This document shows positions 11,012-22,884 of a stretch of 64,000 bases of DNA, piece after piece. The position numbers and the translations under genes were made by a program. Where the stretch lies: assembly GCA_043228905.1 (NCBI GenBank), contig JBHGNT010000008.1:14756001-14820000 (forward strand), in the 5' to 3' direction. Each line of letters begins with the position of its first letter. Within the stretch, counting starts at the first letter, position 1. The notes under the pieces are model-generated. The model saw only the letters and a list, made by a program, of their open reading frames with translations, was not told where the DNA came from and searched no databases. The stretch comes from Azolla caroliniana. Lineage: Eukaryota > Plantae > Polypodiophyta.

Positions 11012-14000
11012 GTCTGGTCCACCGAAACCGTAGTTTTCCCGCCATCTTGCCCATCCGGGTCTGGAATACCAGCACCACCTTGCCGATCCCGAACAACTTT
11101 TCATTCCCCTTCCGGTGCCGGTCGACGAACGCTTTCCGCCATCTTTGTTTGAGCTCCAACTGGAGTACAAAAACTATCCGGTGCTCCTCCAATTTGCACA
11201 ATGTTAACAAGCGGATTTTTTCCGATTCTTTCTTGCTCAACCTCTCCTGGACATGTATTTGTAAACTCGGAATCTGAAACTCCATAGGCATTACTACGTC
11301 CAATCCAAAAGCTAACTGGAATAGTGTTGTCCGGATGCTTGTCTTATATGTTGTTCAGTATGCCCATAGCGCCCTCTATAGCTTTGTGTCCCAATCGGTC
11401 CGGTTTTCATTGATGATCTTTCGTAGAATATTCGGAACTGTCTTGTTGGTGGACTCGGTTAATCCATTGGACTGCAGATAGTATGGTGTATTGCACTTGT
11501 GCACCACTCCGTAGAATGTTGTTAACCTCTCTACCACTTGTCCGAGGAGGTGACCACCCTAATCGCTAATAAGCTCGATCAGACATCCATAATGACACCA
11601 AATGTGCTCATATAGAAATTTCGTTGTCGATGTCGCGGTATTATCTCTGAGTGCTTTTGCTTCCACCCACATCGTGCAATATGCTATTGCAACAATAATA
11701 TACCAATTGTCGGTTCTCATCGCCGGTGGTTTGAATGGCCTGACAAAATCCAATAACACCGGCTGATGCGGCATCCTTGCTTTCTTTGTTGGGTGACACA
11801 GTCTTTGATAGAGGTTGCATTCCCTTGCATACTGGATGGCGTCTTTTAGTGTTGTGGGCCACCGCAATCCGCTTCTCCATATTTTACTTGTTGTTGCATC
11901 TCCGGCATAGTTGCCTCCTGCCACTCCACAATGATCTTCCCGTAGGATTGCATCGCCAAATTCTGTCGGCTCCTTTATGGTATAACGTGTCCTGTAGTAA
12001 ACAAAAGTGACAGCTTTGTACCACCAACCGTTTCTGCTCGTCTCGGTTTAACTCCTCCAAAGGCAGTCTAGAGCTCAGAAAATGATGAATATTCGTAGGC
12101 CACTTGTCTTCGTCGTCCACCGTCTCGTCCACCGTGTTTTCCGTGGTCACCCTAAACAGCTGCGCATTCGGAAACTCATCCCGGACTCCGTCACATGCCT
12201 CCCCGTATTCTAAGGAGCTCTAGTAATCTGCTACTGCATCTTGCACTCCCGATCTGTGGTAGATGTTGAATTCGAACTCTTGTAATAACAACGTCCACTG
12301 TGCTAGCTTCCCGGTTAAGGGTGACTTGGAGACCAAGTAAAGCAATGTTGAATGATCCACGTGTAAGGAAAATTTTCGTCGTAGAAGGTAGTGGTGGAAC
12401 TTCATTACACCATACACCATCCCCAAGGCTTCTTGTTATGTCGTAGAGTAATTTCGCTCTCCCTGCGACAACTTCCTACTGGCATAATAAACGGACTGGT
12501 ACAAACGTGGTTGGGTGAGCTGCATGAGAACGCTGCCGATGGCTATATCAGATGCGTCCACAAACACATGAAATTCCTTAGTTCAATCTGGTGCCTGTGA
12601 CAACATCACTTTCAACGCATGGTATGCCCTGTCCTTCAGCTTTGTCCATTTGAATGGGATTCAGTGCACGGCCGTATGTAGGGGTGTTGCAAAATCAGCC
12701 AAATACCGAAGCATCCGGCATTGCCATCGGATCTGGCCTAAAAACCGGCTTAGTTCTTTGGCATTTGCCGGCGGTGGTGCTCCCAAAATTGCTTTTACTT
12801 TATCCAGATCAACCACAATGCCATCTTTGCTCACGATATGTCCCAATAATGTTCCACTTGTCACTCCAAACACACATTTCGTAGGGTTCAGGCTCAACCG
12901 GTAACCCCGACACTTCTCTAAACATAACCGGAGATGCTCTAGGTGTTCCCCTTTCCGGCTGTATACCACAAAATCATCTTGAAACACCTACATGAACGCT
13001 GGGATGAACTCTCCAAATATCTCCATAATAATCCGCTGAAAAGTTGTTGCTGCCATCTTTAATCTGAACATCATTACTACCGCTACGAAGACTTCCCATT
13101 CCGTAACGAATGCTATCTTCTCTTAGTCTTCCAGTCGCATCCGAATTTGGTTGTATGCATTGAATCCATTGAGAAAGCTATATACCTCATGGCTGGCTAC
13201 TACGTCCAAGACTCCATCCGTAAATGGGAGTGGAAATGCGTTTGTGACTATTGCGGCATTTATTTTCCGGTAACCCACACATACCCGAATTTCACCATTT
13301 TTCTTGGGAACTACCACAATTGGGCTTAGCCATGTTGCATGCTTCACTGACGGGATAAAACCGAGTCGAAGTAATTTGTCAATTTCTTCCTTTACTTTGG
13401 CCGCATAATTCAAATTCATACAGTATCGTCTCTGTGCTACCGGTTTTGCGTCCTTGCTTAGGTGGATCTGGAGTTGATCTAGCTAGGGGTCCAATCCTCG
13501 CATTTCTTCGTACAACCATGCAAATACGTCCCAGAATTCTTTTAGTAGCACCACCAATGCCGATTTTTCTACCGATGGCATTTCTTTTCCCACATTTACC
13601 GGTTTGGACTCTTCCCCGGTTCCTAGGTTTACTTCCTCCAACTACGACGCTTTTACTCGTTGCGATACTGCCATTTCCCATTCGAGGGCTTCTTGGGCCT
13701 GACGTAATTCCCGGATGGCGTCCTGATCTAGCTCCTTACCAACTTTTTCCGGTTTCATGATATACAGGGTGACTACTACGGCAACATTCAATTCGAACAA
13801 CGGGACATCCTTGGGTGCTCGTTGCGGTATCGATCTACCTCTTCGTCGGCTAGCCCATCCAACATGTTAATGATTTTGGCATACAATGGCGTTACGTCCT
13901 CTCTAGAATGTAATAATGTTTTTCTGCTAGTTCTGTTTTATATGCATTGTTCGCGGCCATGGTTGTCCCAACAACAAAGAATATGCTTTCATTGTGTTCA

Positions 14001-15304
14001 ACCGCAGAACCACTGCGGAAATCCAGAATGTAGTCCTCCGATTGTGAGGTCCAAATCCCGGATTAATCCGGCTGGTCGGACTGAAGTGGTATCTGCCATC
14101 CGGAGCCAGAACAAGCATGACTCGCATTCTTGTATTCCCAATGTATTGCATTTTCGTTGCTAATCACATTCACTCCTGATCCACCATCGACGATTCTTCC
14201 GGGTACCTCACGTCCCTTGACAATGGCTGTGATTGTCGGGTTGTTGTTGTCTACCACTGCTGGTTGCTCTTCCAGATTAGAAAAGAAGACCCGAGCCGGC
14301 ATGGAGTTTTGTGGTGCCAATGCCTATTTCACGTTGTCAGTGAATCAGGGCACTAATTGCAGCACACAGTCCAGTGGCAGCATAATCTTGAAGTCCTGTA
14401 ATGCCTACCACGTGGGGTTTTCGTTTGTGGTCTCTATTGTTTCTTCCGGAAGCTTCATTTGTTCACGCACTCGTTCCGTTCGTTTGCCTTCTCTATCCAT
14501 TCTGTGGCTTGCTTCCGGATTGCTTCCTAAGGCTCCCATTCGGCTATCTTTCCTTTTGACCGGGTGGTGACTTGCTGAATGTCGACCACCTCCGCAATCA
14601 ACATACTAACTGCTGGTTCTTTCTCGTTAGTCTTGACCGGACATTGGTTGTTGTAGTGTCCATCTAACCTGCAATAATAGCAATACACCTTCTATGTATT
14701 ACTAGTCTCCGCTTTTGCCGTGTTATCCGGCTGAAAATCGGATATTGCCCGGTGGGGCTCCTCTAATCTTTGTTGCTCTGATTAAACGCCCGTGATGTTT
14801 CTATCCGGCTCCCATTGATAATCCTTCTCCGGTTCCCGACGCTCCTCTCCTCGAGCATTCCATTTTGTATTGTAGCGTTGGTTGTTTTGATATCCCTGTC
14901 GGCGCCTATACGAATCTGCATAGTCTCCTCGTTGGTTATCCCTCCTCCGGTTATGGCCAGGGGAGTAATCACGATCATATCGATCACGGTTATAGTCCCG
15001 ACCTCTATCATTACGGTCCCAGTCATACTCATCCCGTCTATCATCGTATCAGACGTCTTGGATCGGTCTATAACCATCGTCTCACCAGAACCGTTCTTCT
15101 TCATGTTGTCGATCGGTCCGGGATTCAATATGCTGGACTAGTGCCACCTACCGGTTTAGTAGATTATATTCACACCGGTCCATTGTGTGTGACCGGGAAT
15201 GGCATAGCATGCATTGTGATATCATCGTTCATTCTACCGTTGAGTGCCCGGAATTAAGGCATGCCGTGCATTGGACCGCCTGGCGAAACCGTAGGTCATC
15301 TTCA
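11012..15304 (-). pseudogene. Degenerate Gypsy family F gag-pol
   Basis: IN 10980-11924, RNase H 12220-12600, RT 12661-13419 (FQDDF), protease IVDGGSG 14063-14320 and Gag CCHC; homologous to 58555-63749. Confidence 0.9.
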
Positions 15305-18300
15305 GTAGGGAGTGCTCATTGGAGTGCCCCCATTGTTAAAGTTATTATCTTTGGTGAATGCTCGTACAAGAAGTTTCCAAATTGATGCACAAGAATCTTT
15401 CATGCCAAATATCTCATGAACACAAGAGGATATGCAAATGTATAGCCACTCTTCTAGAGATGCAAACGATCTGAACCAATTTCGGACGATACTCCTACAA
15501 ATGTGCAATAGTACCGGATTTCTTATTGCAAATGGTGTTTCCTTATGGCCCAACACTAATGGTTTTACATGTAGAAAACACAATGGAAATAGTGTGATTG
15601 ACTATGTGCTACTTTCTGAAGGTATTTTGGATCCTATACATAAATTCTCACTTGGTGAATGGACTCTAGAATCTGATCATAGGGCTTTATGTATTGATAT
15701 CAAATGTATGCATAGGTTTGATTGTGAGAAGGCCAATGAAAATAATAAATAACCGCACTTGAGGATGAACCTTAAGCGAGCGCCCATGTATTCAAAGATG
15801 GTTGAGGATATGTTACAAATGACAAAGATACAACATGGTGCCACTCTAGAATGCAAATGGGAAGCTTTCAAGAAAGTTATTCTTTCATGTATAAACAAAT
15901 GTTTTTCGACCAACCGCACATCTTGGAAATGCACCAAGAAAAAAATGGTTTGATAAAGAATGTTGTCAAGCTCGAAAGTGCCTTATGGTTTTGGACGTAG
16001 TTAATGATTTGCATGATTATAAAAGCATTTTCATGAGTATAAAAGGATTATTCAAAGAAAGAGAAGAATATGGGAAGTTACTCAACAATTTCTCCAAACG
16101 CAAGAGAAAGCACATGGATGTGCTAAATTTTGGGGAAATCTAAAAGGAAAACGTGTTGAGAGTTATGGTGACTTAACTCTTCATGACTTGTCTATGCATT
16201 GTAAGAATTTATGTGAGTTACCTCTCGCCGGAAAGATGATGTATTATGGTTCTCTTTCACATATGTTTCCCTTTTTTACAATTGAAGTTATATGCATAGT
16301 ACTTAAATTTTGACTTCTCGAAAGGCAAGTGAGCTTCAATGTCTAAAGGCTAAAGTGTTGAAATGGATAGGAAAGGAAGCACATGTATGGATAAGCGATA
16401 TGTTTAACGATGCATTGCAACATGGTATGTTGTATGATTGGACTACAAATTGGATCAAACCTTAACATAAAGGTGGAGATGCAAATAATGTAAATAACTA
16501 TCAAACCATCATGGTTACCTCATTAATGGCAAAACTATTTGGATGTATAATGGAATCAAAGATAAGTGTATGGGCTGAAAAAATATATGGTAAGAGAGTT
16601 TATCGATAAGCTAGCTTTTGAAAACACCATAGCACCATTGATCACCTTGTCACCCTTTGAGTACTAATGGAGGAAAGTCACCTTGGAGGTATAGGTTTAT
16701 ATTGTTGCTTTTTATACATCAAGAAAGATTTTGATATGGCGCCTCGTGAGCTTCCTTGGAGGCGAATGGAAGAACTTGAGGTATCAACTGAATATATGAT
16801 TGCAATTTTCCGAATATATGAGAAGGTTATATGTTGTGTGTGTATGAGAGATCTATAAACTTTCATATTTTTTCAATAGCACTATTGGCGTTAAGCAAGG
16901 ATGCCTACTATCACCAACATTATTTGGTCTATGCATTGATGAATTGGAAGAAATGGTTACCAAGTTTGTAAAGGAAGAATGTGTTGAAGATGTTGTCATC
17001 GGGAATATTGCCATTATGCTTTTGCTATATGCGGATGATGTAGTGCTTTTTGCAAATACTTCAGGAGATGCACAAAAGCTTATGAAGGCATTGGAAAAAT
17101 TATGAATGTGCTACACGCCGCTTAGAGGGGGGGGGGGGGGGGGGTAAGCAAGAATACTATGCATTTGAGAAGACATGCAATCATGGAGATATTAAGTGTT
17201 GGATCCTCAAGAAATATCTTTTTGACACTTTGGTGACACTAGTTCTTCTCTATGGGGTGAAAGTATGGGTAGTAGCATCCCTAAATCTATGTGGAAAGAG
17301 TTTGAAAATGTCCAAAAACATTTTCTTACAAACTTTAAGTTTCTACAAGTTAAGAAACAAAACGCCCTACACCCTCCTCCTTGAGATGGGATCACTTCCA
17401 ATTGAGATCATGGCCATGGAAAGGGTTGTTGAATACATTCTTAAGGTTCAAAAAAGACCCTAACAATGACTTCATAGAATTGCATGGGACGTAAACAGAA
17501 AGATCCAAAAGACGCATAAAAGAAACGTTTTGTGTTCCGGTTGGATGCAAGATATGGAAAATGGTTTGGTAGATGGGATGCAAGACACTTGCTTCATGAT
17601 GCATCACCAGATTTCTTTGTAAATGAGGCCTTTTCGCAACATCAATGTATCATGACATGGGACTAACGACAATATCCGGAATAATGCTCAGCCACAACTG
17701 AGTCTTCAATTACTTCGTTGAGAATTACAAACACAGAAATGGGAGTGTGGAGATAGATGCACGTATACACAAGAAAACACTGAAAGAGAGTACACAGTAT
17801 GTTTACATGGAAAACCCTCAATGGGAAAAAACCACGGGAGTCCATAAACTCCAACTATCACTATATCAAGAGGAATACAATAGGTGAACACAGAGACAAT
17901 GACCTCGTGCTCACAATCTTCGCCTGGTGGCGGTTACAACAGAGACACACTTTGTCTCTCTCTCTCTCTCTCTCTTGCTCTCTCTCTCTCTCTCTCTCTC
18001 GCGTGTGCTCTACTACGCATTATACAACAGTTACACCAATAACTCTATACAAAATAATGACAACACAATGATATGTTTGCCCTAGGTCATATTTATACTA
18101 ATATGACTTTTGGGCTATTTACAAATATAGCCCCAATGGGCTCTCTGGAACATATTTACATATATGTCCCTTCATCAGGTGAGAGGTTCTCACCGGGCTT
18201 GCAACATTCGGTTCTCACCGGGTCTTCCTTGTCGAGTCCTTGTCATCCGGTTCTCACCGGGTCTTCCTTGATGGGTACTCATCATCCGGTTCTCACCGGG

Positions 18301-18749
18301 CCTTCATCATCCCATCCGGAAGGATCGAAAATCCTAACAGGGACAAATGTGGAGGTTCACACTTCACACAGTATACTACACATGTTACACCTAACTACGA
18401 AACCATATTCTTCACAGAACGAGGATTCAACCATACACATATACATGTTAGAACCCATCCCGTTATTTAACATTCGATCCATTTCTTCCATGCCACTTAG
18501 TTCACATGCATTGCAATGTGAGACAGGGCATTAGGGCCACAAGTGATGAGAATGGACGGTTATGCACACTTTACCCTAGACAAGTTTGAGAGTTTGAGTA
18601 TCACACTTTGATACAATGTTGTACCTTTGATCAGATTCGACCATGCTTTCTACACATCTTCGACCAAGCCCAGTCCTTGCACAAATTTCTCTCACGACCA
18701 TAATGTACACTCTCGATTGCAACTTCGAAAGTCGCTACTCACTTTCACA
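15305..18749 (+). mobile_element. Decayed non-LTR retrotransposon (LINE) ORF2: endonuclease, RT and C-terminal zinc-finger-like motif
   Basis: APE endonuclease end (SVIDYVLLS...ESDHRAL), RT motifs GVKQGCLLSPTLF and LLYADD near 16890-17045, LLYGVKVW, and C-terminal LSSHALQCETG...RLC...EYHTLIQC. Split by a solo LTR. Confidence 0.85.
17664..18339 (-). mobile_element. Solo LTR related to Copia family B, inserted in the LINE
   Basis: TSD GGGAC (17659-17663 and 18340-18344); homologous to 45151-45743; one terminus mutated. Confidence 0.85.
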
Positions 18750-18990
18750 TGTAGCACGGTGTGGCAGATTTCCGTGGGAATGTGTTGGAACGGGGTGGGA
18801 CCACCGGGGCCACAGATTGCAGAGCCAGTGAGAGAAGGAAGATTGACCAGTTTGGTGTCCGGATAACTTCTCTGGATCACAGTTTGGACCGCGGTTGTTT
18901 ATGTACCTGTATTTAACGTTTAAATACGTATAGTACCTCATCATTTGTATAGTAGGTACTATACGTCATTGTTGTAGCCAAAAGAGAGAG

Positions 18991-19031
<41 letters not shown>

Positions 19032-22000
19032 ATTACATGAGGCTGTTAAGACAACCACTTTCTATTCCATGATTCTCTCCTTGATCTCCTCCCCCCATCA
19101 CCTTTATTCCTGTACTCGTGAGAACTTAAAGTACTTGTCAATCACACCTACCTAGTATTCGCCAACACTCAAACTAATACTATGTTATTTACACATGTTT
19201 GTACATAAAGACACGCACATCCAGTTCCTTTTTCTTCCTATGACTGGAATCCTTCATGACATCCACCCCCCAGCAAACCACAGATCCTCTAGCATGTGCT
19301 AAGTAATGAAGTGGTGGGGATTCCGGCTCAATCGTAACTCGTCGGTGTTGTCCGCGTCTTCGTCTGGATCCTCGTTCTCGTTGGCCTCGTCTTCCCCTAC
19401 CTTTGGATCCGGTTCCAGTTCGTGCCACTTCTTGAAGGATTTGATTCTCTTTCCTGCAATTGGTACTACGATCCTCATCCCATCGAATCGGGTAGATGGT
19501 ATGTCACATTGTCGTTGGTGTTCGACACCACATAGGGGCCAAACCACCGCCTCACAAACTTTCGGGTTGACTGGTGCTGCGTTCCTTGACCTTCTCTGAC
19601 CCGAGTCGGTGCGTCCGGTCGAACCGGCCCTTACGCTTCTCCTCGCCTCTTCTACCCTTGCTGTCACTTATTCCATGTCCTCTGGCCTTTGTTCTAGATG
19701 TCAGGTCTACGCCGCCAGCAAATCCTCTTGACTCATCCCGTCTGACTAGTCGACTGACATGCATGATGTTATTGTTCGCTCCACGGGCATAATTGGCTTC
19801 TTTCCCAACATGAGTTCGTCCGGCATGTATCCGGTGTCCGAACTGTGTGTAGTCCGATCGGCCCATAGCGCATAGGTAGGACTCTCGGCCAATTGTCGAC
19901 CCATCTGTCGCATGCTCTCACGATTGGCCTGTGCCTACTCTCAACCTTCCCGTTTGCCTCCAGATTGTATGTCATTGTGAGGTAAAGCTTGATCCCTAAT
20001 CAGTCTAATAGCTCCTCGGCTTCCTATGCGTCCATCTCACCTCGATCAGCCACGATCTTCCCTACAAACTCATCCTGGCAAATCACGTCCTCGATTAAGA
20101 ACCGGCATACCGTTGCAGTCATTTTGTTCGTCAATGCCCGACTTATATGCATTCTTCCGCACCCAACTAGCCTCTTCTTTAGTCCGTACTGTGTCCTCTG
20201 TCATCGTGCTCAGGAATCTACCGATCTGAAGCCATTCCCTATTGTAATCGTTCTCGTTGAACTTGTTTAGGGCCAGAGTGCTTCGTTTGTTTGCCGACAT
20301 TCGAGCCGATTCGAAGAAGTTGGCACAGACCTCTTTGTCCTCTTTGTCGTACCGTGATCTTGATATTGGCGATGGTGTTGTCTTTCTAGGACATGTGTCG
20401 TATCTCCGGATTAAGGGACTTTCTATACGCGATTTACTTGAGCATTGCAAGGTCCAGAGTTGCGCATCCGGAAACCATGCCGAGAATCAACAGGAACTCT
20501 GTCTCGATAATTACCTCTGTCGTGATCAAGTAGTCCTTGTCAGTGTTGACTGCCGAAATGATACCCCATAGTTCATACTTAACTTGGGTGTATCCCCCTT
20601 GTTGCTTGCTTAGCACCTTAGCCTCGAACCGGATGGGGAACCACATTTTGGCTTCATCCTCCTAGTTAATTACCCGTGTCGACCATGACAAAAATTGGAG
20701 AGGCCTTCCCGTATACCGCTTTTCGGAGAGTCGGGCCTGCCGTCAACTTCTCCTTTAGCCTCCGAACCGCCTCTCTATGGTCTTCTTTCCATTTGAACCT
20801 TCACCCTTTCTTCAATATGCCATAGCGTGGCTCAGTGATGTGCACGTAATGTGGGATACATATGTGGTAGAAGGCACATGCTCCGAGGAATCATCGAACT
20901 TCCAAGACTGACCTGTATTCTTCCTTCATCGTCGAGATGGCCTCTACCTTCATCGGAGAAAGTTTTCAACCGTATGGTCCACATAGGTGTCTGAGCACCA
21001 AGATTTCCAATTGTTTGAACGTTGACCTCTCCCCGGAGAAGGTAAGTCGAGCGCCCTCAAGGCTCTCCAGTATATTCTCGCAATCGGAGATGTAGTCCGT
21101 AACAAACTTCCGACATCCGTCCACTCCAACCGACTCATCCCTCACGTCCTCTAGACATCCCTTGATCGGGATGTCATCCAAAAAGAACACGGTGATGTAC
21201 GAGATGCAGTCCCGCAACACTTTCCTCATCACATTCACCATGTGTGCCACCGAGTGGTACCTCCTTGAGGTAGGGTACACATCCGAACGAAGCTAAGAGG
21301 GGTTCGCATCGTCGTGATATCCTCACTTTCCACGGCTAGCTTGAACTGGTCGTACCCGGAGTACAAGTCGCCGACTGAGTATATTGACCTTATAGTGAAG
21401 GCCTCTGCGAAGTTATCGATTATCAGCCCAACCCTTGCATTCCGAATGGTCACCTTGTTGACCGGTTGCAGGTCCTGAATGATGGGAAATATGTTGTTCT
21501 TCTTTGGCACCGTGAATCACTAGTTCCAATAAGGGGCACTCGATGGTTTGAGATTACACGATACATGCAGTACCATGAAGATCATCATTGGTTCCACGAT
21601 TGGCCGGTCAACACACCCGATCTCCTCCGGTGAGAATGCAAAGGCCCTCCAGTGCCTCACGAGCATTCTCTGAAACTGGCCCTCTTCCGCCGGTAGTAGA
21701 AAGTTAGCCCCACCGACATTTAGCTTCCTTAGCGTCTCATCGGTGAACTAGTGCCCAATGTCGGCCGGATCTCGTAGACTTGGGTCAGGCGCGACCCCGT
21801 TTATGCACTCCCACCCTTCCTCTGGTAAGGGTGCCATGATTGGCCTCAGCTTCTAGTCCATAGTCATGTACATTGTGTCGACTCGGGCAGTCTGATCCAA
21901 CTCCACCATCCTTCCGAAGTCCGGATGACTTCGTACATTTCAACAGAACTGACCAGAATCATCCAGTCCTCGCTTAGATCCTCTTCGACCACCTTCTCAA

Positions 22001-22549
22001 TATCCATGATGGCGTCATCGAATGAGGCCGCTTCCACGTCACCGCTCATCGAGTTGTCGGGTCCATGGTTCCGCACGCCTTCTAATGCCTTTCTACTTGC
22101 TTGTTCTCCTAGCCACCGATACTGGTCATCATATACCCTCCGTTGTCGGATAACCAAAATTACCTACCTAATGTACAAGTGTGGGGTTTCTTCTGGTCTT
22201 CCGGACTATAGTGGCCCACGCCTTGATAGTCCTCTTCAAAAATCCTCCCGGCCCTCGCCGCCGTGAGAGTCCCGATTCCTCTTGTGGTCGACCGAACTGA
22301 CAGGAACTGGACGAAGTGCATACCCTCCTAAATCATCACGTGCGCATAGGCTGAACCATTGTCCAACACCTTCGTTTCCATAGGAGCCATTGTGATATAT
22401 GGTTCTCCCAAAAAGATCAGATGAGAGGATGAGTCTTACACAACGAAGTGTTGGTCGATCTTGATGTCACCGACCATTACCTAGACATTCGGGCACGCAC
22501 ATGTAGCTCCTCTATAGCATAGGTGGTTGCGCATATCTTCTAACTGTTG
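18750..22549 (-). mobile_element. 5'-truncated Gypsy element (DDIPIKG RT type) with 3' LTR 18750-19261
   Basis: RT 20966-21510 (FFLDDIPIKG), RNase H near 20434-20646, IN 19299-20140, PPT GGGGGGTGGA before TGTCATGAAG. Confidence 0.85.
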
Positions 22550-22844
22550 TGTTGAGTGACAAGCTCAACATTGGGTGCGTAACACGGTGCGTAACCCAAT
22601 GCGTAGACTGGGTGCGTCAAACAGTATGCATAACGTGGTTGTATTGGTGTGTAAACCGAAAGGCCGTTAGTATTGTATTCCTTGTAAGGAGTAATTTTGG
22701 GAGTTAGTGTAGTAGGCTCATTTATGAGCAATCAAGTACTGTTAGTACTTGTATCAGCCCGATTGTCAGGGCTTGTATAAAATGTGCTCATGAGCATGAA
22801 GTATGTATAGAGTGTCATTATTTTGAAATAGAACTGAGTTGTCT

Positions 22845-22882
<38 letters not shown>
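22550..22882 (+). mobile_element. Truncated Copia family A LTR ending in (CT)n
   Basis: TGTTGAGTGACAAGCTCAACA start; homologous to the reverse complement of 7705-8100; joined directly to integrase C-terminal sequence. Confidence 0.85.
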
Positions 22883-22884
<2 letters not shown>

